A DNA stretch of 58,007 bases from an uncultured Acidobacteriaceae bacterium (lineage in GTDB: Bacteria; Acidobacteriota; Terriglobia; Terriglobales; Acidobacteriaceae): assembly GCA_963810995.1 (NCBI GenBank), contig CAWERM010000092.1, forward strand, positions 1 to 58,007. The letters are read 5' to 3'. The position numbers and the translations under genes are program-made. Position 1 is the stretch's first letter; each line of letters begins with the position of its first letter. The notes beneath the pieces are model-generated. The model did no database searches. It was given only the letters and a program-made list of their open reading frames with translations, and was not told the DNA's origin. Positions 1-8,996 of this stretch are shown one piece after another.

Positions 1-1163
1 AAGTTGCGGAGGGCACGGCGGAGGGCCGCACGCTGTATGCGGGCGAGCTGGGCGGGATTGGCGGGCGGCGGGAGAAGCTGGAGTTTCGCGATGCGGCAGG
101 GAAGGACCTAAGCGGCAGGCTGGGTGCGGTGAAGCCCGGATCGATGGAGGAGGCCATTGCGCTGGTAGAGCGCTCGGTGGGGCTGCATGGGCTTCCATCG
201 ATCGATGCGGTGGGATACAGGGTGGTGCATCCGGGGGCGCATCTGCGCGGGCATCAGCGGCTGACGCCGGAGGTGCTGGCGAAGCTGCGTGAGGCGTGCG
301 AGTTTGCTCCGCTGCACGATCCGGAGGCACTGGCGATGATTGGCGAGACGATGCGGCGTTTTGCGGGCGTGCCGCACATTGCCTGCTTCGACACCGTCTT
401 CCACGAGACGATGCCGGAGGAGGCGACGGTGTATGCGCTGCCCTACGCGGTGCGGCGGGAGGGCGTGCGGCGATACGGGTTCCATGGACTATCGTGCGAG
501 TCGGTGGTGGCGCAGATGAGGGAGGCGGTCGGCGTGAAGTTCCCACGATCGATGGTGATTGCGCATCTGGGCAGCGGATGCAGCGTGACGGCGTGCGTGG
601 ACGGCAGATCGGTGGATACGACGATGGGGCTGACGCCGACCGGCGGCGTGATGATGGGAACGCGGACGGGCGACCTCGATCCCGGTGTGGTGCTGTTCCT
701 GATGCGGCGCGAGGGCGCGACGGCGGACACGGTGGAGCGGATGATCGACGGCGACGCGGGGCTGAAGGCGCTGGGCGGCGTGAACGATATGCGCGAGCTG
801 CGCAAGCGGGCGGCGGAGGGAAATGAGCGGGCAGGGTTGGCGATTCGCGTGTTTACACGCACGTTGGTGAAGACGGTTGCGGGGTTGGCGGCGTTGCACA
901 GCCCGTCTGCCGTGATCTTCACCGGCGGCATTGGAGAGCATGACGCACTGACGCGGCGAGCGATCGCGGTTGGCCTATGGGCCTTCGGAGCGGAGATGGA
1001 ACACGCTGCCAACGAGCTACCCGCGAAGGGATTGTGCAAGATCAGCGAAGAGGACTCGCGCCTGGCGCTCTACGTTGTACCCGCCGAAGAAGACCGGATG
1101 ATCGCGCGGCACGTGGCGGAGATGTGCCGCGAATCACCGAAAACCGGGGCACAATCAACGTAA
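1..1163 (+). CDS. ackA: Acetate/propionate kinase, 5' end outside the window
   Basis: Motifs GYRVVHPG, APLHDP, CFDTVFH, RRYGFHGLS, HLGSGCS, DTTMGLTPTGG, FTGGIGEH. The frame stays open from the called start at 129 back to base 3, so the true start is upstream. Adjacent to phosphoketolase. Confidence 0.92.
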   Translation, partial: VAEGTAEGRTLYAGELGGIGGRREKLEFRDAAGKDLSGRLGAVKPGSMEEAIALVERSVGLHGLPSIDAVGYRVVHPGAHLRGHQRLTPEVLAKLREACEFAPLHDPEALAMIGETMRRFAGVPHIACFDTVFHETMPEEATVYALPYAVRREGVRRYGFHGLSCESVVAQMREAVGVKFPRSMVIAHLGSGCSVTACVDGRSVDTTMGLTPTGGVMMGTRTGDLDPGVVLFLMRREGATADTVERMIDGDAGLKALGGVNDMRELRKRAAEGNERAGLAIRVFTRTLVKTVAGLAALHSPSAVIFTGGIGEHDALTRRAIAVGLWAFGAEMEHAANELPAKGLCKISEEDSRLALYVVPAEEDRMIARHVAEMCRESPKTGAQST

Positions 1164-1270
1164 ATTGATCTGGCTGGGATGTAAGCGTACGGCGATTGGC
1201 CTTAAGCTGGCATCTGAGTGAGTCAAAGCCTGTCGTTTGCAAGCGGCATCGTGTAGCGCAGAAGAGAGAC

Positions 1271-1336
1271 CTCAGTGGCTAAAGCCCCGCTTGTCCGCGA
1301 AGGATTACGGCACGGCTGAAGCCGTGCCCTTAAGCA
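1271..1336 (+). repeat. REP-like hairpin cluster, copy 1
   Basis: GGCTAAAGCC at 1277-1286 and GGCACGGCTGAAGCCGTGCC at 1309-1328. Bases 1302-1333 match 19746-19777 at 29/32. Confidence 0.8.
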
Positions 1337-1365
1337 GATCGTATCCATCGAAAAGGGAGAGCAGC

Positions 1366-3777
1366 ATGGGCACAGCAATGTCGACGCACAGTGAGACGTT
1401 GATTGACCAGCAACCGCTGACAGCGGATGAGCTGCGCAGGATGGATGCGTACTGGCGCGCGTGCAATTATTGCTGCGTGGGAATGCTGTACTTGCAGGCG
1501 AATCCGTTGCTGCGCGAGCCGCTGAAGAAAGAGCACATCAAGAACCGGCTGCTGGGGCATTGGGGATCGGACCCTGGGCAGACCTTTACCTGGGTGCATC
1601 TGAACCGGCTGATCAAAAAATACGATCTGGATTTGATTTATATCTCTGGCCCTGGGCATGGCGCGCCGGCGACGCTTTCGAACAGCTATCTAGAGGGTGT
1701 TTATTCGGAGGTGTATCCCGACAAGAGCCAGGACGCGGCGGGGATGCAGAAGTTCTTCAAGCAGTTTTCGTTTCCGGGCGGGATTGGCAGCCACTGCACG
1801 CCGGAGACTCCGGGGTCGATCCACGAGGGCGGCGAGCTGGGATACAGCCTGTCGCATGGGTTTGGCGCGGCGTTCGACAATCCCGACCTGATCGTCGCGG
1901 TGGTGGTGGGGGATGGCGAGTCGGAGACGGGGCCGCTGGCGACGAGCTGGCACAGCAATAAATTTCTGAACCCCGTGCGCGATGGCGCGGTGCTGCCGAT
2001 CCTGCACCTGAATGGTTACAAGATCGCGAACCCGACGATTCTGGCGAGGATTCCGCCGGAAGAGTTGGAGATGCTGTTTAAAGGCCTGGGCTATACGCCG
2101 TATGTAGTGGAGGGATGCGATGCGGCGGAGATGCACCAGAAGATGGCCTCGGTGATGGAGCACTGCGTTCTGGAGATTCGCGCGATCCAGGCCGAGGCAC
2201 GGGCGAATCCCGATGCTACTCCGGTGCGGCCGAGCTGGCCGATGATGATCCTGCGCACGCCGAAGGGATGGACGTGTCCGAAGGAGCTGGATGGGCACAA
2301 GTTGGAAGGCTCGTGGCGCGCACACCAGATTCCCATTACCGATCCGGCGACGAATCCCGCGCACCTGAAGCTAGTGGAGCAGTGGATGAGGAGCTATCGG
2401 CCAGAAGAGTTGTTCGACGAAGCTGGCAGGCTTATGCCGGAGATTGCGGAGATGGCACCGACGGGGACGCGGCGGATTTCGGCGAATCCACATGCCAATG
2501 GCGGGCTGCTGCGCAAGCCGCTGGAGATGCCGGATTTTCGCGACTACGCGGTGAAGGTGGAGCAGCCGGGGCAGATTGAGGTGTCGTCGACCGCGACGCT
2601 GGCCGTGATGCTGCGAGATGTGATGCGGCGCAACATGACGAACTTCCGTGTCTTCGGGCCGGATGAGACGGCATCGAACAAGCTGGACGGGATCTACGCG
2701 GCGAGCCCCAAGACGTGGATGGAGGAACGCAAGCCGGAGGACGACGATGGCGGATTCCTGTCGGCCACGGGACGCGTGATGGAGATGCTGAGCGAGCACA
2801 CGCTGGAGGGTTGGCTGGAGGGCTATCTGCTGACCGGGCGGCATGGATTTTTTTCCAGCTACGAGGCGTTTGTCCACATCATCGACTCGATGTTCAACCA
2901 GCATGCGAAGTGGCTGGAGAAGAGCAAGCTGGAACTGAGGTGGAGGGAACCGATCTCGTCGCTGAACCTGCTGATTACTTCGCTGGTGTGGCGGCAGGAC
3001 CACAACGGATTTACCCACCAGGACCCCGGATTCCTGGATGTGGTGACGAACAAGAGCCCGGAGATTACGCGGATTTATCTTCCACCGGACGCGAACTGCC
3101 TGTTGTCGGTTGGCGACCACTGCCTGCGGTCGGTGGACTACGTCAACGTCATCGTCGCGGACAAGGCACTGCACCTACAGTACCTGAACATGGAACAGGC
3201 CATCGACCACTGCACGAAGGGGATTGGGATATGGGATTTCGCCTCGAACGACGATGGCTCGGAGCCGGATGTGGTGATGGCGTGCGCGGGCGACATTCCT
3301 ACGTCGGAGTCGCTGGCGGCGGTGGCGATTCTGCGGGAGCGCTGTCCGGAGGTGAAGATACGGTTTGTCAATGTGGTGGACCTGTTCAAGCTGATGCCGG
3401 AGAGCGAGCATCCGCATGGGCTGAGCGATAAGGAGTTTGACGCGCTGTTTACCACAGACAAGCCGGTCGTCTTCAACTTCCACGCGTATCCCTACCTCAT
3501 CCACAAGCTGACCTACCGGCGCAAGAACCACGAGAACATCCATGTGCGGGGATATAAGGAGAAGGGGAACATCAATACTCCGCTGGAGCTGGCGATCCTG
3601 AACCAGACGGACCGCTTCAACCTGGCGCTGGACGTGATTGACCGTGAGCCACGACTGCAGGCGACGGCAGCGCACACTCGCGAGTGGCTGAAGGACCAGA
3701 TTGTGGAGAGCGTGAACTACGCGCACCAAAACGGCATCGACCGGGCGGAGATTACGGGCTGGAAGTATCCGACTTAG
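1366..3777 (+). CDS. xfp: Xylulose-5-phosphate/fructose-6-phosphate phosphoketolase
   Basis: GHWG, GPGHG, EGGELGY, GDGE..TGP and LHLNGYKI (TPP binding), [12 protein letters not shown]. Start moved to ATG 1366 after GGGAG; the 43-aa extension in the ORF track runs through the repeat. Confidence 0.96.
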   Translation: MGTAMSTHSETLIDQQPLTADELRRMDAYWRACNYCCVGMLYLQANPLLREPLKKEHIKNRLLGHWGSDPGQTFTWVHLNRLIKKYDLDLIYISGPGHGAPATLSNSYLEGVYSEVYPDKSQDAAGMQKFFKQFSFPGGIGSHCTPETPGSIHEGGELGYSLSHGFGAAFDNPDLIVAVVVGDGESETGPLATSWHSNKFLNPVRDGAVLPILHLNGYKIANPTILARIPPEELEMLFKGLGYTPYVVEGCDAAEMHQKMASVMEHCVLEIRAIQAEARANPDATPVRPSWPMMILRTPKGWTCPKELDGHKLEGSWRAHQIPITDPATNPAHLKLVEQWMRSYRPEELFDEAGRLMPEIAEMAPTGTRRISANPHANGGLLRKPLEMPDFRDYAVKVEQPGQIEVSSTATLAVMLRDVMRRNMTNFRVFGPDETASNKLDGIYAASPKTWMEERKPEDDDGGFLSATGRVMEMLSEHTLEGWLEGYLLTGRHGFFSSYEAFVHIIDSMFNQHAKWLEKSKLELRWREPISSLNLLITSLVWRQDHNGFTHQDPGFLDVVTNKSPEITRIYLPPDANCLLSVGDHCLRSVDYVNVIVADKALHLQYLNMEQAIDHCTKGIGIWDFASNDDGSEPDVVMACAGDIPTSESLAAVAILRERCPEVKIRFVNVVDLFKLMPESEHPHGLSDKEFDALFTTDKPVVFNFHAYPYLIHKLTYRRKNHENIHVRGYKEKGNINTPLELAILNQTDRFNLALDVIDREPRLQATAAHTREWLKDQIVESVNYAHQNGIDRAEITGWKYPT

Positions 3778-3837
3778 TCGCCACTCCAGGTTCATCTACC
3801 TACCACGGAGCTAGGCCGGGACCGTGGCAATCGGGCT

Positions 3838-4506
3838 ATGATGAATGGGATTGGAGCGGCGATGACGACGCAATACTATACCGGGCCAAACTACGGCGGC
3901 AGGTTCTTCCGATTCCTGCTGGCACTGGCGCTGGGCGCGGCGGCGTTCGCCGTTTTTGTGCGCCATGCGACCACCGGCAGAGCAGCCCGAATCGTCGCAC
4001 TGATCACCGGGCGCGCCAGTGGCATGGACACCTCGGCGCCCGCGGTGGTGGAGAAACTCCATCGCCTAGGCCGAATGCAGACCGCGGTCTACTCGGTGGA
4101 CACGGTGGTGGAGGGCGCGCCGTCCGCGCCCACACGCCACAAGCCGGGCGAACCGCTGCTGCTGGTGGTGCATGGCGAGTCGATCGCCGGCATCGACCTG
4201 GCCCAGCTCAAGCCGGAGGATGTGAGCATCGACGCAGGTGGGCATGGCATCCATGTGACGCTGCCTGCCTCGCAACAATTCTCGACTGCGCTGGACGACC
4301 GGCGCACGCGGGCCTACTCGCCCACGGCCGGGACGATGGCACCGGCGGACCAGTCCCTGACACCCGACCTCCGCGCCAGCGCGCAGGACCAGTTGCAGGA
4401 GACTGCGCTGAAAGACGGCATCCTGGACGCGGCGAGCAAGAACGCACGCGACCTGGTGACCGCGCAGATGGTTGCGCTCGGCTTCGAGCAGGTCGAAGTC
4501 CAATAA
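3838..4506 (+). CDS. DUF4230-like membrane-anchored protein
   Basis: N-terminal TM segment; LLLVVHGESIAGIDL and GILDAASKNA patterns typical of DUF4230. Confidence 0.7.
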   Translation: MMNGIGAAMTTQYYTGPNYGGRFFRFLLALALGAAAFAVFVRHATTGRAARIVALITGRASGMDTSAPAVVEKLHRLGRMQTAVYSVDTVVEGAPSAPTRHKPGEPLLLVVHGESIAGIDLAQLKPEDVSIDAGGHGIHVTLPASQQFSTALDDRRTRAYSPTAGTMAPADQSLTPDLRASAQDQLQETALKDGILDAASKNARDLVTAQMVALGFEQVEVQ

Positions 4507-4598
4507 GTCCAGAAAGAGAACCAGAGCTGGTTCCGTTTCGGTACACATGCAATCAATTTGACTCCCGATGCATAGCTTTCTTGCGGTATCATGCAGGC

Positions 4599-4907
4599 AT
4601 GAGGTTCCTTCCTAAACTCGGCTGCTGTAGGCGTTCGTCCCACGGTTGTGAAGCGATTGGAGAGAATAAAGACTCCAGCGGTCCGCCGGAGGAGCCAGTA
4701 GCCGCCGTCGAGCAGGCCCAAGCGAATGAGTCGCATTTGCTGAGGACAGTCGGCTGGATCTCGGCTGCGCTTGGGGCGCTGGCGATTGGGTTGATTGTGG
4801 GTCGAGAGATCCGTCAGCGATACAAGTTCAACCGCCGCACTCCCTACGATCTCTACGCCCACTCCGGCGACGAGTTGCCCGATGCCGACTGTAGCGTGGG
4901 CATATAA
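4599..4907 (+). CDS. Hypothetical single-TM protein (102 aa)
   Basis: C-terminal part of ORF 3684..4907: TM segment VGWISAALGALAIGLIVG followed by REIRQRYKFNRRTPYD. TATCAT lies 6 nt before ATG 4599. Confidence 0.6.
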   Translation: MRFLPKLGCCRRSSHGCEAIGENKDSSGPPEEPVAAVEQAQANESHLLRTVGWISAALGALAIGLIVGREIRQRYKFNRRTPYDLYAHSGDELPDADCSVGI

Positions 4908-4984
4908 GCCGCACCGCGGGTATGGCAACGCACGGCATGAAAGAGTGCGAGGACGAGGGTTGATCGTCATTGTTATGCAGAAGA

Positions 4985-5112
4985 CCCGGGGCTAAAGCCC
5001 GCATTGGTAGGAGGCCGTTTATTCGTGGGGTTAAAACCGCACGCTAATCCGGGAAGACAAAATCGACCTTATTTCAGCAGCCTCTGAAGCCCTCGGCTCC
5101 CTCCGGAAAAGC
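4985..5112 (+). repeat. REP-like hairpin cluster, copy 2
   Basis: GGGCTAAAGCCC hairpin. Bases 5011-5059 match 16133-16181 at 47/49; 5076-5092 is identical to 19794-19810. Confidence 0.85.
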
Positions 5113-5241
5113 AAACGTGGGGTTTGCGCAGGACTCTTTTTACTGGACACTGTCCTTCTGTGCCTTGCAACGCTGCGCCATACATTCTGGAGAGATGAGA
5201 CACAGGCGTGGCTTATCGCGCGCGATAGTTCCTCGCTTGCC

Positions 5242-6597
5242 GTGCTGATACGGAACCTCCACTACGAAACCCACCCTCCTTTGTGGCACCTGCTGCTGTA
5301 TGGCATTACGCGCTTCAGTTGGAACCCGGAATGGATGAAGCTGCCGAATTTGATTTGCGCGCTGGCGGCTGCGGGATTGGTGCTGTTCTGCCGGCGGTTG
5401 AGCGTGACGACGCGAGTCGGGATTGCGTTCTCTTATTTATTTCTTTTTGAATACGGCGTAATCGACCGCAACTACATGCTGGGCGTTATGCTGCTGGTTG
5501 GGGCGGCGCTGCTGGCCACGGGAAACGGGCGGCGGAGATTCTGGGCCGTTCCCATCCTGCTGTCGCTGGCGGCCATGTCATCGCTGCCCGCACTCATTCT
5601 TGCTGTGGGGATTTGGTGCGTGTATGCGGGGCGTGAGCTGGGTGAGGCGCGCAGGAATGACCAGACAAGATTGGGCGGAATGCTGCGAGCGGAGTTGTTG
5701 TTGGGCACATTGTTGGTGGGAGTCTGCGCGCTTGTCTCTGCGCTCCAGATTCGCCCTCCCGTGGATACCGGGCTCTTTCTCATGATGGCGCGCCGTGCCA
5801 CGGGACCGATTGCGATCTTTCTGCGAAGCGGGAAATTTCTGACCAGCGCGTACCTGCCGGTCCCCGTATTCGCCCACCAGTTCTGGGATTCAAACATCTT
5901 ATATCCGCCGTCGCACCGCCAGGATGTTGTCTTCGATCTGTTGGGATGGGTACTGCTGGCTGGGTTCGCGGTGTACCTGCGGAGGCCGCTGGCGCGGTAT
6001 TTTTTCCTCATTGGGAGCGGAACCCTGTTGCTGCAACTGAGCATCACCCGCAGCGTGGGCATTCGCCATATTGGCTGGTTGTTTGTATGCCTCGTGCTCG
6101 CGTTGCTGATGGAGTTTGCGGACGGAACGATGCGCGAGACGGAGAGGCCGCGATGGCAACGATGGATGCTGTCGGTAGTGCTGGTGTGCCAGGTCTACGG
6201 CGGCCTGTTCGCGGTGGCGGTGAGCCTGCGCTATCCGTTCTCGTCGTCGCGCCAGTTGGTGGCTTACCTGCGCAGCCACGATTTGGATTCGGTACCGCTG
6301 GTGTTTGAGCCGGACGACGTTGGCACACCCTTGCTGGCCTATCTACAGCTGCCCGGAGCCTATGACCTTGAGCAGCACCGCATGGCTTCTTTCATCCTCT
6401 ACAACCGGGATGAGTTTCTCAATCAGCACGTTCCAAGCCGAGCCGAGTTGGACGAGGTCTCAGGGGGCAGGGGAGCTGCCGTTCTGATTATGGGGACACC
6501 GCTGACGCAGGAGCAGGAAGAGGGGCTGAAGGTCCATCTTCTAGTTGCGTATGACAACGCCATCAACCCCTATGATTTGTACTACGTCTATCGTTAG
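5242..6597 (+). CDS. Polytopic membrane protein, GT-C-fold glycosyltransferase-like; start uncertain
   Basis: Roughly ten hydrophobic segments, YETHPPLW and FEYGVIDRNY. An in-frame HTFWRDETQAWLIA motif lies upstream of the first canonical start. Followed by a GT2 gene. Confidence 0.6.
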   Translation: MLIRNLHYETHPPLWHLLLYGITRFSWNPEWMKLPNLICALAAAGLVLFCRRLSVTTRVGIAFSYLFLFEYGVIDRNYMLGVMLLVGAALLATGNGRRRFWAVPILLSLAAMSSLPALILAVGIWCVYAGRELGEARRNDQTRLGGMLRAELLLGTLLVGVCALVSALQIRPPVDTGLFLMMARRATGPIAIFLRSGKFLTSAYLPVPVFAHQFWDSNILYPPSHRQDVVFDLLGWVLLAGFAVYLRRPLARYFFLIGSGTLLLQLSITRSVGIRHIGWLFVCLVLALLMEFADGTMRETERPRWQRWMLSVVLVCQVYGGLFAVAVSLRYPFSSSRQLVAYLRSHDLDSVPLVFEPDDVGTPLLAYLQLPGAYDLEQHRMASFILYNRDEFLNQHVPSRAELDEVSGGRGAAVLIMGTPLTQEQEEGLKVHLLVAYDNAINPYDLYYVYR

Positions 6598-6615
6598 ATG
6601 AGCGACTGATCCGGA

Positions 6616-7596
6616 GTGACCGTGAAGATGGGTGGTATGACGAGCGAGGCTTCGGCGGGGATGAGTGGGGCCGCTCCGCTGGTGAGTGTCTCGATTACGG
6701 CGTTCAACGCGGAAAAATGGCTGTCGCGCGCGGTGGATAGCGTGCTGCGGCAGCGAAGGGATTTTTCCATTGAAATAGTGATTGCGGATGACTGTTCGAA
6801 GGATTCGACGCTACAGATTGCGCGCGCCTATCAGGAACAGAACCCAGGTGTGGTACGGGTGCTGGAGCGAAGCACGAACCTGGGCGTGCAACGCAACACG
6901 TACGAGACGCTGAACCAGTGCCGGGGGAGATACATTGCATGGCTGGATTCGGACGATTACTGGATCGACGCTGAGAAGCTGGTGACTCAGGTACGGGTGT
7001 TGGAAGCGGACCTGGCGGTGAGTGTTTGCTGCCATTTTGTGCGATGGGTTACGCCGGAAGGAGAGGTGGCGCGGGAGAAATATCCGTCGCTGGATGCCGG
7101 ACGGTATGGGTTGGACGAGGTGCTGCGCCACAACTTTATGCCTACGCCTTCGGTGATGTTCCGCAATGGGGTTCAGCGCAAGCTGCCGCCGTGGTACTTC
7201 AAGCTGGAGTCGCTATCGGACTGGCCGATCTGGGTGCTGGCTGCTCTCGAGGGCGATGTGGTGTTGCTGGATGGCTTGATGGCCGATTACGTGTTGGCTC
7301 CGGGCAGCTCCATGACGAGCCGGGGAGAACTGTTCTGGCGGCGGATGGATGCGGAGTTCTACGAAAAGATTGAGAGCGTGCTGCCGGACAAGTGGCATCG
7401 ATTGGTGCGCGCGGAGAAGGGTAAGCGATACGAATCGTTGGCCTATCTGCTGCGAAAGCAGGGGGAGTTTACGGCGTCACGCGCGGCGGCGATGAAGGCG
7501 TTCGGTGCGCCTGCTTTGCGGGACAATGTTGGAAGCAAGACGAAGGCGTTGCTTGCGGCGATGCTGCGCGAGATGCAATGGCGGATGCGCGGGTGA
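6616..7596 (+). CDS. Glycosyltransferase family 2
   Basis: VSVSITAFN, IADDCSKD, YIAWLDSDDYW (DxD). Confidence 0.9.
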   Translation: MTVKMGGMTSEASAGMSGAAPLVSVSITAFNAEKWLSRAVDSVLRQRRDFSIEIVIADDCSKDSTLQIARAYQEQNPGVVRVLERSTNLGVQRNTYETLNQCRGRYIAWLDSDDYWIDAEKLVTQVRVLEADLAVSVCCHFVRWVTPEGEVAREKYPSLDAGRYGLDEVLRHNFMPTPSVMFRNGVQRKLPPWYFKLESLSDWPIWVLAALEGDVVLLDGLMADYVLAPGSSMTSRGELFWRRMDAEFYEKIESVLPDKWHRLVRAEKGKRYESLAYLLRKQGEFTASRAAAMKAFGAPALRDNVGSKTKALLAAMLREMQWRMRG

Positions 7597-7607
7597 AGGA
7601 TTAAGGC

Positions 7608-8246
7608 CTAATCGGGCTTCCATTGGTATGCGCCGGGCTGGGGCAGGCCGATGTGGGCGAGGACGCGTTGGACGAACTGGCGCGCCATTTCGGTGGTGTC
7701 GCGCGGCAGGTTGTAGAGGGTGGGCATGACGGGAAAGATGGTGGCCCCGGCCTCATCTGCCAGCAGCATATTTCGCAGATGGATGCGGTTGAAGGGCGTC
7801 TCGCGCACGCAGAGGATGAGGCGGCGGCGCTCCTTGAGGCAGACATCGGCGGCGCGCTCGATGAGGTTGGAGGCCATACCGTTGGCGATGCCGGCCAGCG
7901 TGCCCATGGTGCAGGGCAACACGATCATTCCGTCGGAGGGAGAGCTGCCGCTGGCGACGTTGGCGCCGATGTCTGCCTCGGCGTGCTGGACGATTTTGTT
8001 GGGGGTGGGAGACGCGCCGAGCAGCTTTTCGACCAGGCCATTGCGTCCGCTGAGTTGCATCTCTTCGGCGAAGACACGCAGCGCGGCTTCACTGGGGATG
8101 AAGTCGATGCGGGCGACGCGCTGGTCCGCGTGCAGGGCGCGCAGCATCTCCGCGGCGAAGATGGAGCCGCTGGCGCCGGTGACGGCGAGTGTGAGGCGGA
8201 GATTGGGGGTGGTGCTAGAAGGAGCGGATTCGACTGGACGGGTCAC
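7608..8246 (-). CDS. ubiX: Flavin prenyltransferase UbiX
   Basis: AVTGASG, ASGS, PCTMGTLA.IANG, NLIERAADVCLKERR, RETP. Probable start GTG 8246. Confidence 0.93.
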   Translation of the reverse strand: MTRPVESAPSSTTPNLRLTLAVTGASGSIFAAEMLRALHADQRVARIDFIPSEAALRVFAEEMQLSGRNGLVEKLLGASPTPNKIVQHAEADIGANVASGSSPSDGMIVLPCTMGTLAGIANGMASNLIERAADVCLKERRRLILCVRETPFNRIHLRNMLLADEAGATIFPVMPTLYNLPRDTTEMARQFVQRVLAHIGLPQPGAYQWKPD

Positions 8247-8276
8247 GCAAGTGATTATCGCCGATCCGGAGGACAA

Positions 8277-8450
8277 CTAGCCTTCGACGACGGTGACGCG
8301 GCTGGAGACACGCACCGGAGAGGACGCGGGCGAACGCAGAGCGTGCATGCGGAAGAGAGCGAAGACGGCCTGGCAGACTCCATACGCCAACAGGACGCCA
8401 AAGGCCATTGACGCAAGAACCGCACACACAAGAACCACCGAATCACTCAC
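8277..8450 (-). CDS. Small membrane protein (57 aa), below the ORF-track cutoff
   Basis: Hand translation MSDSVVLVCAVLASMAFGVLLAYGVCQAVFALFRMHALRSPASSPVRVSSRVTVVEG*. GAGGA 8 nt before the GTG. Fills the gap upstream of ubiX. Confidence 0.65.
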   Translation of the reverse strand: MSDSVVLVCAVLASMAFGVLLAYGVCQAVFALFRMHALRSPASSPVRVSSRVTVVEG

Positions 8451-8610
8451 AGAAACATTCCTCTTTTCGTTCTCTAGCAGGGTTAGATGCAGAATGCGCT
8501 GATGCGCAGTCGATCGAGATTTATTGTTACAAAGATTGCCAAGGATGCAACGGGCTATGACGAATTGGTTAATGCTGCTTGGGGTACATTATGGGGCGAC
8601 GGCAAAGTTG

Positions 8611-8791
8611 GCCCGGGGCTAAAGCCCCAATCAATCCATTTGACTGATTCAGGGGGCTGAAGCCCCCTGCTAATCCGGAAAGACAAACCATGAGTTTTTT
8701 CAGCATCCTCGAAAGCCCTTTTAATTTATGGGTATTGATTCATGGGGTTATCGCCCCACGCCAATCCGAAAGCGGCGACGGAAGTTTTCAG
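8611..8791 (+). repeat. REP-like hairpin cluster, copy 3, with an internal ~91-bp tandem unit
   Basis: GGGGCTAAAGCCCC at 8615-8628 and CAGGGGGCTGAAGCCCCCTG at 8650-8669. The unit starting TGATTC at 8645 recurs in degenerate form at 8736. Confidence 0.85.
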
Positions 8792-8996
8792 GGTTCCAAG
8801 GTCTCCTTTTCTTTATCGACGTTAACTGAATAGACGCTAACTGAGCGGGAGAAGCTTGCCTGCCGCGGAAACAATGCAGCCTGATCGGGCACGCATCTGG
8901 TGCGGGGAAGACTGGGCGTGGCGGGATGCCGTATCCTGAGGATTGGCCATTTCAACTCCATGCAGCACAGTGGAGTGCGTGGCCAAACCGATAGCG

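Noticed and set aside
1237-1365. 43-aa N-terminal extension of phosphoketolase in the ORF track
   Set aside because: It runs through the hairpin repeat (PQWLKP, GTAEAVP), and a good RBS precedes ATG 1366.
3684-4598. 5' part of the 407-aa ORF 3684..4907
   Set aside because: Overlaps xfp and the DUF4230-like gene in another frame; only the last 102 codons look like a real gene.
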